64,000 bases of DNA from Calditrichaceae bacterium (GCA_050173015.1 JBFXLE010000018.1:27294-91293), one strand, 5' to 3'; positions 42,804 to 53,926 are shown, counted from the first letter of the stretch. Translations and numbers: made by a program. The notes: generated by a model not told the origin, from the letters alone.

Positions 42804-42927
42804 TTCGTATCCATATTTTATCTGAATACAAAAATATATTAGTTTTTACGAATATCCAAATATTATCCGCATTTTATCTGATTGGGATTGTTTTAAACGC
42901 GTTATAACGATTAGCAGAATGAAATCG

Positions 42928-43011
42928 TTAGCAGTGCGCTAAATCCCCTCTAACACTTTCCTCACATTTCCCTTGCAAACAAATAATAGGCCGCTAAGAA
43001 AGCTCTAATTG
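42928..43011 (+). promoter_or_regulatory. Pho-box-like 11-bp-phased direct repeats upstream of the TonB-dependent receptor
   Basis: Heptamers in exact 11-bp phase: TTAGCAG 42928, CTAAATC 42939, CTAACAC 42950, CTCACAT 42961, ATAATAG 42983, CTAAGAA 42994, CTAATTG 43005. Confidence 0.5.
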
Positions 43012-43110
43012 TTTCCCCGCATCTTAACACATCGATTAAAAGAAGCATCGATGATCAGAAAAATGACACGCAAAGATTTATACATGGAATATTTACGCAG
43101 GGAGTTTCAT

Positions 43111-46026
43111 ATGTTTAACAAAATTATACAAGTCAATATCATCCTTTCCCTTCTTATTTTTGGCCTCCTGGGTGCTACCACTCCAAATGATTCCGCGGCA
43201 TCGGAATCTCTGATTATGGGCAAAATAAGCGGGAAGCTGGTGGACGCCGAATCCGGAGAACCGCTGATCGGCGCCAATGTCTATCTCGAGAACACCATGC
43301 TCGGCGCGGCGTCGGATCTGCAGGGAAATTATCTGATCCCTTCCGTACCGGCGGGCTCATACACCATGGTGGTCATGACCATCGGCTATTCCGAGACAAA
43401 GGTGGAAAATCTGCGGGTCAAGGCGGGCAATAATATAAAAGTCGATCTCACCGTTCAACCGGAAATTATGACTTCGGAAGTCGTGGTAGTGGAAGCCCGC
43501 TCGGTGGATAATACGGAAGCCGCCCTGCTCGGCAAACGACAGAAATCGCTGGCCTTTAGCGACGCCATCAGCGCCGAAGCCATTTCCCGTTCGGTAAGCG
43601 GGGACGCGGCCTCGGCCATGAAGATGGTCACCGGCGCTTCGGTGGTGGGCGGAAAATATGTGTATGTGCGCGGTCTCGGTGAACGATATTCCAGCACCCA
43701 GTTAAACGGCGCCGAACTGCCCAGCTCCGATCCGGACAAAAAAGCCTTTCAGATGGATATTCTGCCATCCAATCTGCTGGATAATATCGTCACCCTCAAA
43801 ACTTTCACACCGGATCAACCGGGCAATTTTTCCGGGGGAATCGTTGATATCGGCACCAAAAGCTTCCCCGAGTATCTCACCGTAAATTTTTCGGCTTCCT
43901 CATCTTATAATTCAAACGCCACTTTTAATAACCGTTTTCTAACCTATGACGGCGGTTCATCCGACTGGCTTGGATTTGATGACGGGACAAGGGCCATCCC
44001 GGGCGCGCTGGACCATAGTTCCGTTCATGTCCCCGATTATGGCGAAGCGATCAGCGATGACACGGGAGAAGCGGCAAACGAACTGGACTCTTATTCCAAA
44101 TCGTTTAACTCTCTGATGTCACCGACAACGAAATCCGCGCCGGTAAATCAAAGTTACGCGCTTTCCATTGGAAATCAGACCAGGTTGTTCGGGCGCGAAC
44201 TGGGCTATCTCGCCAGTATGAGTTATTCCAACAAAAATGATTATTACGATAACGGACGTATCGGGAAGTATAAGCTAACCGGCAGCGTCGACACCAAACC
44301 CACCCTGGATAATGAATTTGATCTGACCGAATCAAAGGGCGTCAACGATGTCAGTTGGGGCGGTTTGATGAATCTGGCCTACAAAATAAATAATCACCAC
44401 GAATTACACAGTAATTTTCTTTACTCCAAAGGCGCGGAATCAAGCGCCAGGTATATCAGCGGATTCTATAACGAAGGCACCATCGATGACGCCGTGTATG
44501 AAACAAGGGTGCTGAAATACACGGAACGGGATCTGTTCTCTTCACAGTTGCGCGGTGAGCATTATCTGCCAAAGCTGCTTGACGCGAAGGTTGAATGGAT
44601 CGGTTCCTACGCGCTTTCCAAACAGTACGAACCGGATATGCGCTTTTTCAGCGATCATTACCGGGATCTGCCCGACGGCACGCGGGAATATAAAATCGCC
44701 CCATCGGCCTACCCTGTTCCGGCCAGATATTACCGTGACCTTAACGAAGATAATTTCAGTTTTGACATTAAACTCTCTGTCCCCTTTAAACAATGGAACG
44801 GACAAAACGGTAAAATAAAAGCCGGCGCCCTGGCGAGCAATAAAACAAGGGAATTTCGTGAACGAATATTCAAATATGAAAACGCTTCCCAGTTAAGCTA
44901 CGATGGTGATCCCCTAACCTATTTCTCAGAATCCAATACGGGACTGCTCTATAATCCCGACGGCAGTATTCAATATAACGATCTTGGTCAGCCTGTTTTT
45001 GGAAATTATATCGTGGATGCCTCCGAAGACCGCTCCAACTACGATGGATACGAAAACATCACCGCCGGATTCGCCATGATTGAACTACCGCTAATGAACA
45101 AACTACGATTCGCGGGCGGAATGCGCCTGGAATCCACCGATATGGAGGTGGAAACACTGGCCTCCGGATTTGATAAAGGTGTCATCAGCGAAACTGATTT
45201 ACTCCCTTCAGTCAACTTTATTTACTCTCTTAATGACAAAATGAATTTGCGCGCGGCTTACGGAAGGACACTGGCCCGCCCGACCATCCGGGAACTGGCG
45301 CCTTTCCAGTCGGAAGATTTTGCCGCCGGTTACATCGTCGCGGGTAATCCCGATTTAGAACGCGCCTTAATCGATAATATCGACCTGCGCTGGGAATGGT
45401 TTGAAAGACCCGGTGAAATCATCGCCGTGAGCGGATTCTACAAACTGTTCAGCAACCCGATCGAACGGGTGATCAGGAATGACAATAATGAAATACGGTA
45501 TGAGAATGTGGATAATGCCATTTTATTCGGCGCGGAGTTTGAAGTCAACAAAAAGCTGGATCAGTTCCATTCTCTGCTGAATAACTTCCGAATCAACGCC
45601 AACCTGACCCTGGTGTATTCACAGGTGGATATTCCGGAGAGTGAACTGATCCGCATCAGGGCCAGCGATCCATACGCCGAAAGCACCCGCGAGCTCCAGG
45701 GACAATCCCCATATATTCTAAATCTGAACATCTTGTATGACACGGTGGATACGGGAACTTCCGCCGGCATTTTCTACAATGTGTTCGGAGAGCGCCTGTC
45801 GGAAGTCACGCTCGGGGCAACGCCAAATGTTTACGAACAACCGCGAAGCACACTAAATCTCATGCTCAGCCAAAATCTGACCGACCGGTTGAGTCTCAAT
45901 GTTTCGGCTAAAAACCTACTCGATTCGCAAACTCGGAAAGTGCAGCACTATAAAGGCAGCGATTATGTGTATCAAAGTTATAAAACAGGCCGGACATTTT
46001 CCATCGGTCTGAAATATTCCATCTAA
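43111..46026 (+). CDS. TonB-dependent receptor with N-terminal carboxypeptidase-regulatory-like domain
   Basis: GEPLIGANV, VRGLGERY plug, GNPDL, NLLD, C-terminal GRTFSIGLKYSI; GGAG RBS before ATG 43111. Confidence 0.93.
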   Translation: MFNKIIQVNIILSLLIFGLLGATTPNDSAASESLIMGKISGKLVDAESGEPLIGANVYLENTMLGAASDLQGNYLIPSVPAGSYTMVVMTIGYSETKVENLRVKAGNNIKVDLTVQPEIMTSEVVVVEARSVDNTEAALLGKRQKSLAFSDAISAEAISRSVSGDAASAMKMVTGASVVGGKYVYVRGLGERYSSTQLNGAELPSSDPDKKAFQMDILPSNLLDNIVTLKTFTPDQPGNFSGGIVDIGTKSFPEYLTVNFSASSSYNSNATFNNRFLTYDGGSSDWLGFDDGTRAIPGALDHSSVHVPDYGEAISDDTGEAANELDSYSKSFNSLMSPTTKSAPVNQSYALSIGNQTRLFGRELGYLASMSYSNKNDYYDNGRIGKYKLTGSVDTKPTLDNEFDLTESKGVNDVSWGGLMNLAYKINNHHELHSNFLYSKGAESSARYISGFYNEGTIDDAVYETRVLKYTERDLFSSQLRGEHYLPKLLDAKVEWIGSYALSKQYEPDMRFFSDHYRDLPDGTREYKIAPSAYPVPARYYRDLNEDNFSFDIKLSVPFKQWNGQNGKIKAGALASNKTREFRERIFKYENASQLSYDGDPLTYFSESNTGLLYNPDGSIQYNDLGQPVFGNYIVDASEDRSNYDGYENITAGFAMIELPLMNKLRFAGGMRLESTDMEVETLASGFDKGVISETDLLPSVNFIYSLNDKMNLRAAYGRTLARPTIRELAPFQSEDFAAGYIVAGNPDLERALIDNIDLRWEWFERPGEIIAVSGFYKLFSNPIERVIRNDNNEIRYENVDNAILFGAEFEVNKKLDQFHSLLNNFRINANLTLVYSQVDIPESELIRIRASDPYAESTRELQGQSPYILNLNILYDTVDTGTSAGIFYNVFGERLSEVTLGATPNVYEQPRSTLNLMLSQNLTDRLSLNVSAKNLLDSQTRKVQHYKGSDYVYQSYKTGRTFSIGLKYSI

Positions 46027-46105
46027 ACAGAATACCGAAAGGATCATCATTGAAATCAAATATCACTTTAAACAATCTAAATTTATCTAACTTAGGAGGT
46101 ATCTT

Positions 46106-47491
46106 ATGTTTAAGCGTTTAACAATTTTCATGCTGCTGATCACCGGTCTGGCTTTAACGATCGGATGCAGCGAAGACAGCAGCACATCCGTCACCCCGTC
46201 TCTTGACGCGACCGAATACACCGCGGTGGACACGCTGCGCATTACCGTTAAAGATCACGGAATGGGTACGGGAACGATGACCTGGACCAGCGACAAAGTA
46301 TGGATTCTGGACGGCTTTGTATTTGTCAATGACGGGCAGATTCTTACCATCGAACCGGGTACGGTAATCAAGGGCCGTTCCGGACAGGGAGCGAACGCCA
46401 GCGCCCTGGTTGTGGCCCGCGGCGGTAAAATTCTCGCGGAAGGAACACCAACCAGTCCGATTATTTTTACAGCCGAGTCGGATGATCTTTCCAATCCGTT
46501 AAATGTACGCGGCTTGTGGGGAGGACTAATTATACTGGGTAAAGCGGGCATCAACACCGCCGCCGGTGTGGGTCAGATTGAAGGAATTCCTGAAGATGAA
46601 GCCCGCGGAGCTTACGGCGGGGATGATGATTCGGATAATTCGGGAATATTGAAGTATGTCTCTGTTCGTTATGGCGGTACGGAAATCGGTTTGGCCAATG
46701 AAATTAACGGGGTAACCTTTGGAGCGGTCGGTTCCGGCACCACCGTTGAACATGTGGAAGTGGTGTTTAATAAGGACGACGGCTTTGAATGGTTTGGCGG
46801 AACCGTCAATTGTAAATATCTGGTCGGCGCCTATAACGGAGACGATACCTTTGACTATGACGAAGGTTTCCGCGGCAAGGGACAGTTCTGGCTTTCTCTC
46901 CAGGCGGCCGATGCCGGTGACCGCGCCGGAGAGCATGACGGCGGTACCGATCCTGAAGACGGACTCCCCTATGCCATTCCGGTCATCTCCAACGTAACCT
47001 ATATCGGTTCAGGCGCGGGCAGTTTCAATTCAGATAACATGACCTTTAAGATCCGCGACAATGCCGGAGCGAGATATTACAACAGCATTTTTTATGATTT
47101 TGCCAGTATGGCGATTGACATCGAAGATTTGAGCAGCGGTGAAGACAGCCGCGCCCGTCTGGATGCCGGCGATATCGACTTCAGAAACAATATCTGGTAC
47201 GCGTTCGGCAACGGTAATACCGCGGCGGAAATGTGCAAACATGACTATGAGCAGATTTTGTTCAGCGACGCCAACAGAAAAAACCGGATCATCGATCCGC
47301 GGTTGGCCAACAGCAACCGGATGAGCGGATTTGATCCAAGACCTGCCGCGGCTGAAGCCACAGGGGATGTATATTCTCTTACAGATGATTTCTATACAAC
47401 GGCTGATTATCAGGGCGCGTTTGATCCCAACGCGGAATTATGGATTAAAGGATGGACTTATTTAAGTCAGTTTGGATTCTCAGCCGAGTAG
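46106..47491 (+). CDS. Acidic Gly/Asp-rich surface lipoprotein (probable beta-helix) paired with the TonB receptor
   Basis: RBS AGGAGG; lipobox TIGC; LTIEPGTVIKG, WGGLIILG, YGGDDDSDNSG, DDGFEWFGG repeats. Confidence 0.8.
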   Translation: MFKRLTIFMLLITGLALTIGCSEDSSTSVTPSLDATEYTAVDTLRITVKDHGMGTGTMTWTSDKVWILDGFVFVNDGQILTIEPGTVIKGRSGQGANASALVVARGGKILAEGTPTSPIIFTAESDDLSNPLNVRGLWGGLIILGKAGINTAAGVGQIEGIPEDEARGAYGGDDDSDNSGILKYVSVRYGGTEIGLANEINGVTFGAVGSGTTVEHVEVVFNKDDGFEWFGGTVNCKYLVGAYNGDDTFDYDEGFRGKGQFWLSLQAADAGDRAGEHDGGTDPEDGLPYAIPVISNVTYIGSGAGSFNSDNMTFKIRDNAGARYYNSIFYDFASMAIDIEDLSSGEDSRARLDAGDIDFRNNIWYAFGNGNTAAEMCKHDYEQILFSDANRKNRIIDPRLANSNRMSGFDPRPAAAEATGDVYSLTDDFYTTADYQGAFDPNAELWIKGWTYLSQFGFSAE

Positions 47492-47522
47492 AACGGACAT
47501 TCATACTACCCTGCAAAAGAAG

Positions 47523-47560
47523 ACAGGCGGCGCTCTTTTATTCAGCGTCGCCTGTTTTTT
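47523..47560 (+). terminator. Intrinsic terminator
   Basis: ACAGGCGGCGCT...AGCGTCGCCTGT plus T tract. Confidence 0.85.
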
Positions 47561-47600
47561 ATTTATGATTTGATTGTATCAAAGGACTCCGATGGAAACT

Positions 47601-47954
47601 TTAAGACGCCGTGTTGTACCCTTTTTCACCGAACGGCTGAAGTTTTTCAAGCCAGATCTGTTCCAAAAGCGTCAGTTCATCATCAAAGTCAAATCCGGGT
47701 TCATCCTTGTCTTCCACCATGTCCAGTATTTCGAAAAGAAAATTTTCTTCACCGAATTCAGTCCATTCCTGCTGAAGCGTTTTATTCTTATGCTGACCGA
47801 GTTTTAGCTGAAACTTCTGCCTGTTTAAAAATCCTTCCGGATTCAGGCTGCTCCCGAGAAACACTTTACCGTTTTGAGTGTTCTTTATCTGAAAGACGCC
47901 GCCCTGTTTCGGACGTTCTTTATATTCCCGTTTAATATCCTTTTTTGATTTCAT
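47601..47954 (-). CDS. GIY-YIG-like domain protein
   Basis: GGVFQIKNTQNGKVFLGSS, LQQEWTEFGEENF, GYN. Confidence 0.8.
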   Translation of the reverse strand: MKSKKDIKREYKERPKQGGVFQIKNTQNGKVFLGSSLNPEGFLNRQKFQLKLGQHKNKTLQQEWTEFGEENFLFEILDMVEDKDEPGFDFDDELTLLEQIWLEKLQPFGEKGYNTAS

Positions 47955-48012
47955 GATTGTCCTCCCCTCGGATTAAAATACAGTATTAGCGATTCTTAAC
48001 CGGTAATTTTCA

Positions 48013-49089
48013 TCAATTGATTTCAGCAACAAAAGGTAAGTCGTTATCAGTGTTCCACCTGATCATTGCCTTCCCGTCCGGGCCCATATAACCGTGCCCC
48101 ATACCCGTGTCATTCAGCGATACAGCCACATTTCCCCTGTGATCGATTGAGATAACGGCGCCTTTGCCGCCCGCCCTGTTTAAAACACCCAAAACCACCG
48201 AATCCGCCGCTGCTTGCAAGGTATATCCCGCGTATTCCATCCTGGCGCTGATATCCCGGCTCACCGTGTAACGGATAAAATATTCCCCGTGTCCGGTTGC
48301 CGAAACCGCGCAGCTGGCGTTATTCGCGTAAGTACCCGCCCCGATAATCGGAACATCGCCGACCCGGCCGTAGCGTTTATTGGTCATTCCGCCGGTGGAG
48401 GTCGCCGCGGCCAGGTTTCCGTTTTTGTCAAGCGCGACGGCGCCAACAGTGCCATAGACATCGTGATCATCTTTCAGTCTTTTTGGTGATTTATTCTTAA
48501 ATGCTTTTTCGCCGGTCTTCTCTCTATTTAAGATTTTTTGTAGATCTTCCCATCTTTTATCGGTATGGAAATAGCTTTCCGGAACAAATTCTATCCCGCC
48601 GGTCTCCCGGCCGTAATTTTCGGCCCCTTCCCCGATCATCATCACATGAGGGGAACCCTCCATGATTTTCCGCGCCAGCCTGATAGGATTTTTGATATGT
48701 TTAAGCCCGGCGACCGCTCCGGCATTGAGTGTTTTTCCGTCCATGATAGCGGCATCCATTTCATTGGTGCCTTCATGGGTAAAAACCGCGCCTTTCCCGG
48801 CATTGAACAGCGGGCTGTCTTCCAATATGACAATGGCTGCTTCGACCGCGTCTATGCTGCTGCCGCCTGCCTTTAAAATCGCGTGCCCGGCGGTAAGCGC
48901 TTCCGTCATGACGGGTGTTCTGTCCTGAACGTCGACCTCATCCAGATCATCAAGCGTAAAACTACCGGCTCCGGTGTGTATGGCGATTCCCCATCGGGGC
49001 GCGAGGGACTTTTCAGGAGGTTCCGGTGTACAGGATAAGAACAAGACCAAACTTAGAAAGGTAAGGGACATTTTAATCATTATTTGCAT
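48013..49089 (-). CDS. iaaA: Isoaspartyl peptidase/L-asparaginase (Ntn hydrolase), lipoprotein
   Basis: FNAGKG, EMDAAIMDG, GTVGAVALD (Thr nucleophile), ATSTGG, GRVGD, TGHGE; lipobox FLSC. Confidence 0.9.
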   Translation of the reverse strand: MQIMIKMSLTFLSLVLFLSCTPEPPEKSLAPRWGIAIHTGAGSFTLDDLDEVDVQDRTPVMTEALTAGHAILKAGGSSIDAVEAAIVILEDSPLFNAGKGAVFTHEGTNEMDAAIMDGKTLNAGAVAGLKHIKNPIRLARKIMEGSPHVMMIGEGAENYGRETGGIEFVPESYFHTDKRWEDLQKILNREKTGEKAFKNKSPKRLKDDHDVYGTVGAVALDKNGNLAAATSTGGMTNKRYGRVGDVPIIGAGTYANNASCAVSATGHGEYFIRYTVSRDISARMEYAGYTLQAAADSVVLGVLNRAGGKGAVISIDHRGNVAVSLNDTGMGHGYMGPDGKAMIRWNTDNDLPFVAEIN

Positions 49090-49403
49090 GTCATCTCCTT
49101 AGAGTAGAATGTTTTTATCCGCATCAAATAGTGCTTCGCGACTTCCGGTGATCTACTTAAGTTTCGAATTCTATAATTAAATATTGGCGGCTAGTCCCGG
49201 AATATTGATCGGCTATAAAATTAACAAAGAATTTCAGATGTTCAAGACTGTGGAAAAATTTTGCCAAATTTCACCGGCGCATCAGTCTCTTTTTCATCCG
49301 GGTTGGATTTGGCGGCTGATGATCCCCTTCGTCACCAATTGGCTGGGGAAAACATTTTGTCTCCCTTAAAAAATAGGGTTGTGGGGTTGTTTTAACAATG
49401 TGG

Positions 49404-49439
49404 AATAAACGGGTACCGGTTGGTATCCGTTTATTTTTT
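49404..49439. terminator. Intrinsic terminator after phoU
   Basis: AATAAACGGGTACC-GGTT-GGTATCCGTTTATT inverted repeat. Confidence 0.75.
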
Positions 49440-49461
49440 GATAAGATTTAAGATAAAAAAA

Positions 49462-50139
49462 CTAATCGCGGTCAATTCTAAGTTTTTCCGGACTGTGCCG
49501 GGCGATAATACCTTCAACCATGTAGATAACATCTTCGGCGATATTGGTCGCTGAATCTCCGATACGCTCCAGATATCTGGAAACAGACAAAAACTGCGTG
49601 TACACAAAAATATTCTCCGGTTTCGCCAGAACAGCATCACGAACCACATGAAAAACATGTTCATGCATCTGATCAATCTGATCATCGGCGGCGCAAACCT
49701 GCCGTCCCTGCTTAGAATCAAGATTGATAAGAGCATCCAGGCTTGACCGCAGCATGCTTTTTGCTATTTCCCCCATTTCCCTGAAGTTAAATTCGAAATC
49801 AATGGCGGGATAATCATGAAGATCGACCGCGCGCTGAGCGATATTCGATGCAAGATCTCCCACTCTTTCCAATTCGCTGTTTATTTTGAGCACGGCGACC
49901 ACATAGCGCAAATCGATAGCGACCGGTTGATGCAAAGCCAGAATTTTAAGACATTCCTCTTCGACTTCGACTTCCATTTCGTCAATTTTTGTATCATTTT
50001 TGATGATATCTTTGGCCAGTTCAATATCATCACTGTCAAGCGCCAGAACCGCGTTCTGAACGGTCTCTTCAACCATGGCGCCAAGCGTGAGAATTTTTTT
50101 CTTTAAATTCTCGATGGCCTTATGTAAATGGATTGTCAT
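49462..50139 (-). CDS. phoU: Phosphate signalling protein PhoU
   Basis: QPVAIDLR, ELERVGD, LERIGDSATNIAE. Confidence 0.96.
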   Translation of the reverse strand: MTIHLHKAIENLKKKILTLGAMVEETVQNAVLALDSDDIELAKDIIKNDTKIDEMEVEVEEECLKILALHQPVAIDLRYVVAVLKINSELERVGDLASNIAQRAVDLHDYPAIDFEFNFREMGEIAKSMLRSSLDALINLDSKQGRQVCAADDQIDQMHEHVFHVVRDAVLAKPENIFVYTQFLSVSRYLERIGDSATNIAEDVIYMVEGIIARHSPEKLRIDRD

Positions 50140-50156
50140 AACACTACTCCTTTAAA

Positions 50157-50975
50157 TCAACCAAATCGACCGGTAATATAATTTTCTGTTTGTTTTTCTT
50201 TCGGATTTGTGAACAACTGATCGGTCACTCCGTATTCCACGATATGCCCTTCATAAAAAAACGCGGTAAAATCAGAGATACGCGCCGCCTGCTGCATATT
50301 GTGGGTTACGATGGCGATGGTATAATTTTCCCTTAGGGCCAATATCAGTTCTTCAATTTTCGCGGTCGCCACGGGATCGATGGCCGATGTCGGTTCATCC
50401 ATCAAAAGAACTTCCGGTTCGACCGCTATCGCTCTCGCTATACAGAGGCGCTGTTGTTGTCCTCCTGAAAGCGCCGTTCCGGGGCTGCTCAGCTTATCCT
50501 TGACCTCTTTCCATAAGGCCGCCTGATGAAGCGCCCCTTCCACTTTTGAGGCGATCTCCCCTTTACTCAGTTTATAATGCAAACGTAAACCGTAAGCCAC
50601 GTTATCAAATACGGTCATCGGAAACGGAGTCGGTTTCTGAAAAATCATTCCCACGCGTTTACGCAGATCGATCAGATCCTGATCTTCCGACAAAATATTT
50701 ACACCGTCTAGCAGAACTTCACCTTCGGCGCGCTGATCCCTGTACAGCTCATATATCCTGTTGTAAACACGTAAATGAGTCGATTTACCGCAGCCGGAGG
50801 GTCCAATCACCGCCGTCACTTTACCCGGTTTTATCTCAATGGAGTTGTTAAAAAGCGCCTGATGTTTTCCGTAGAAAAAATTCAGATTTTTAACGGAGAT
50901 ATGGCCCCTGATTTTTTCCGGTACGGTCTCCGTCACTTTTGACATTTGTCTTACAGTATCGGCTATCTGGTTCAA
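50157..50975 (-). CDS. pstB: Phosphate ABC transporter ATPase
   Basis: [37 protein letters not shown]. Confidence 0.97.
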   Translation of the reverse strand: MNQIADTVRQMSKVTETVPEKIRGHISVKNLNFFYGKHQALFNNSIEIKPGKVTAVIGPSGCGKSTHLRVYNRIYELYRDQRAEGEVLLDGVNILSEDQDLIDLRKRVGMIFQKPTPFPMTVFDNVAYGLRLHYKLSKGEIASKVEGALHQAALWKEVKDKLSSPGTALSGGQQQRLCIARAIAVEPEVLLMDEPTSAIDPVATAKIEELILALRENYTIAIVTHNMQQAARISDFTAFFYEGHIVEYGVTDQLFTNPKEKQTENYITGRFG

Positions 50976-50976
50976 A

Positions 50977-51822
50977 CTATTGTTTCCTTTCCTTTAAAGC
51001 GAACCTCGTCAGTAAGGTCACAAACAAAACCGCGAGGGTGATCAGTAAAGACGCTCCCCAGGCCATCTGCTGCCAATCGGGATAAGGCGACATGGCGTAA
51101 TTAAATATCGTGACCGTCAAATTCGCGGTGGAATCGTTTAGCATCCCCGGCCAGTATGGACTGTTTAAAGCGGTGAATAAAAGCGGCGCGGTCTCTCCGC
51201 TGACACGGGCAATCGCTAACAGCACACCGGTGATCATACCTGTTTTGGCTCCGCGAAATACAATCGTCAATGTAACTTTCCATCTTGGTGAACCGAGCGC
51301 CAGAGCGGATTCCCGCAGCGCGTTCGGTACCATTTGCAGCATATCTTCGGTTGTTCTCGCCACCACGGGGAGCATAATAATCGCCAACGCGACGCCTCCG
51401 GAATACCCGGAAAAATGTCCCACCGGCACAACCAAGATGGTGTAAACGAAAACGCCTATAATAATTGACGGTGTACCCATCAGAATATTGGAAAAAAATC
51501 TCACCCATTCCGAAAACTTTGACTGGTACCCAAATTCACTCAGATAAATACCCGCTAATAGTCCAAATGGAACTCCAAGAATGGTGGCCAGGAAGGTGAT
51601 CAACAATGTTCCGATCATCGCGTTGGCCAATCCGCCGCCTTCCATTCCGGGCGGTGTCGGCAATTCGGTAAAAAACGATAGATTGAGCGCGCTGACGCCC
51701 CTGATCATAATCTCGTAGATAATCCAAATGAGGATAAACAAGCCAAAAATCGCTGAAATTCCGGACAGAATGCTGACAAGGGCATTCTTAAATTTCCTGA
51801 AACTGTGGGAGCGTCCGTTCAC
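50977..51822 (-). CDS. pstA: Phosphate ABC transporter permease
   Basis: [31 protein letters not shown]; probable GTG start overlapping the pstC stop. Confidence 0.95.
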   Translation of the reverse strand: MNGRSHSFRKFKNALVSILSGISAIFGLFILIWIIYEIMIRGVSALNLSFFTELPTPPGMEGGGLANAMIGTLLITFLATILGVPFGLLAGIYLSEFGYQSKFSEWVRFFSNILMGTPSIIIGVFVYTILVVPVGHFSGYSGGVALAIIMLPVVARTTEDMLQMVPNALRESALALGSPRWKVTLTIVFRGAKTGMITGVLLAIARVSGETAPLLFTALNSPYWPGMLNDSTANLTVTIFNYAMSPYPDWQQMAWGASLLITLAVLFVTLLTRFALKERKQ

Positions 51823-52766
51823 TGTACCCCCATGGATTTTTTGACTTTCCGCAGCCATAACTGAGAAACCACCTGAATGATAAATGTGATCACGAAAAGT
51901 ACGAGTCCCAGTTGAATCAAAGAACTCATGTACATCGGTTCCGAAGCTTCGGCAAATTCATTTGCCAGCGTGGCGGTGATACTGTTGGCCGGCGCGAACA
52001 GGGATGGCGATATATGATGACTGTTACCGATAACAAAGGTGACCGCCATGGTCTCACCGATGGCTCTTCCGAGGCCCAGGAAGGTCGCGCCGATGATCCC
52101 CTGAATTCCATACCTGATGGTCACCTTTTTTGTCACTTCCCAGGTCGTCGATCCCATCCCGTATGACGACTCCTTTACAACCGCGGGAACCATGATAAAC
52201 ACATCCCTTACCACGGAACTTATAAACGGCAGAATCATAATGGCCAGGATAATCCCCGCGGTAAACATCCCGATTCCTATCGGAGGGCCTTCCAGAAATA
52301 TATTATTCCCGAAAACCGTCTTGAGAGCAGGATGAATATATTTCGAAATAAAGGGCGCGAATACAAACAGTCCCCACATTCCGTATATGATACTGGGTAT
52401 GGCAGCGAGCAATTCAATGGCGGCCCCGAAAAACTTGCTGACCGCGGGGTGAGCCAGTTCGACAAGAAAAAGAGCGATGGCGATGCTCAACGGTACGGCA
52501 ATAATCATGGCGATCAGTGTTGAGACAATTGTTCCGTAAATACTGCTGGCGGCCCCGAATACACTTTTAACAGGATCCCAGACATTGGTGTACAGAAAAC
52601 CCGCGCCGAATTTTTGAATGGATGGCCAGGAGTTAACAAGGAGCTGCAAAAATATGGCCGCCATGATCAGCAAAATAAACGCCGCGCCGATGATGGTAAT
52701 GGCCTTAAAAATGGCATCCGACCTGTTTTGAGTGCTTCGTTCCTGAAAAAGTTTGCTAAATTCCAT
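51819..52766 (-). CDS. pstC: Phosphate ABC transporter permease
   Basis: WDPV, ELLAAIPSIIYGMWG, GRAIGETMAV, ANEFAEA. Confidence 0.96.
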   Translation of the reverse strand: MEFSKLFQERSTQNRSDAIFKAITIIGAAFILLIMAAIFLQLLVNSWPSIQKFGAGFLYTNVWDPVKSVFGAASSIYGTIVSTLIAMIIAVPLSIAIALFLVELAHPAVSKFFGAAIELLAAIPSIIYGMWGLFVFAPFISKYIHPALKTVFGNNIFLEGPPIGIGMFTAGIILAIMILPFISSVVRDVFIMVPAVVKESSYGMGSTTWEVTKKVTIRYGIQGIIGATFLGLGRAIGETMAVTFVIGNSHHISPSLFAPANSITATLANEFAEASEPMYMSSLIQLGLVLFVITFIIQVVSQLWLRKVKKSMGVQ

Positions 52767-52846
52767 TATTTCCTGTCATTATTTAAAAAGGAAAGAGGGC
52801 GTATCAAACGCCTCTCTTCTGATCAATTCACTTATTCCGCCGGCTG

Positions 52847-53926
52847 TTACTGCCAGACACTATTTCCTTCGGATTTAATTTCATTCTTCCATGTTTCCTC
52901 GACCAGTGATATCACATTCTCCGGTATCGGCACATAGTGCAGGTTCACCGCGAGTCCCTGACCATGGCGGTAACTCCATTCAAAGAATTCGAGCACCCTT
53001 TTCGCGGTCTGTGGGCTGCTTTGTTCTTTGTGCATGAGAATAAACGACGCTCCTGTGATGGGCCAGGAGGTTTCTCCGGGCTGATCGGTTAGAACCAGGT
53101 AATATCCGGGCGCGTTCCGCCAATCGGCATTTGCCGCGGCCGCCTGAAAGGATTCAATGGTTGGAGCGACATACTTTCCCGATTTGTTTTGAAGAAGAAC
53201 ATAATTCATTTTATTCTGTAACGCGTAGGCGTACTCAACGTATCCAATGGCACCGTCTGTTTTTTTGACAAAAGCGGCCACACCTTCATTGCCTTTTCCG
53301 GCAAGACCGGCGGCATCAGGCCATGCGGGAGCTTTCCCGAATCCGACTTTCTCTTCCCATTCTTTCGATACTTTTGCCAGATAATTTGTAAAAATCCATG
53401 TGGTACCGGAACCATCCGCCCGGCGCACGGTGGTTATCGCCTTATCCGGCAGTGTCAAATCCGGATTATTCTGCATAATTTGAGGATCATTCCAATTTTT
53501 AATTTTCCCAAGATAAATATCCGCCAGATTCTGAGCGGTAACTTTTAGAGCTCCTTCAGCGATTCCCGGAACATTGATCACCGGAACAACACCGCCGATG
53601 ACCATCGGAAACTGTATCAAGCCTCCTTCATTAAGTTCATCGACCTGTAACGGCGCGTCAGACGCCCCAAAATCAACGGTATTGGCTTTTATTTGCGCGA
53701 TACCGCCACCGGAACCGATGGACTGATAATTGAGTCTGGCGCCATATAATTTTTCGTATTTATAGGCCCACTGTGAATAGATGGGATAAGGAAATGACGC
53801 GCCCGCTCCGTTAATAACAGCGGTTTCCGCTTTTTCTTCAGATGTTTTGGATGTGCAGTTTGTCAGTGAAAACGACATAAACACCAATATAAGCAAAGCT
53901 GATGTAAGGCTTAAAATTTTCTTCAT
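52847..53926 (-). CDS. pstS: Phosphate ABC transporter substrate-binding lipoprotein
   Basis: GAGASFPYP, YQSIGSGGG, DFGASD, RADGSGTT, GKGNEGV. Confidence 0.97.
   Translation of the reverse strand: MKKILSLTSALLILVFMSFSLTNCTSKTSEEKAETAVINGAGASFPYPIYSQWAYKYEKLYGARLNYQSIGSGGGIAQIKANTVDFGASDAPLQVDELNEGGLIQFPMVIGGVVPVINVPGIAEGALKVTAQNLADIYLGKIKNWNDPQIMQNNPDLTLPDKAITTVRRADGSGTTWIFTNYLAKVSKEWEEKVGFGKAPAWPDAAGLAGKGNEGVAAFVKKTDGAIGYVEYAYALQNKMNYVLLQNKSGKYVAPTIESFQAAAANADWRNAPGYYLVLTDQPGETSWPITGASFILMHKEQSSPQTAKRVLEFFEWSYRHGQGLAVNLHYVPIPENVISLVEETWKNEIKSEGNSVWQ

Noticed and set aside
43009-43110. Longer TTG start for the TonB receptor
   Set aside because: ATG 43111 has an RBS and yields a normal signal peptide; the extension overlaps the putative promoter.
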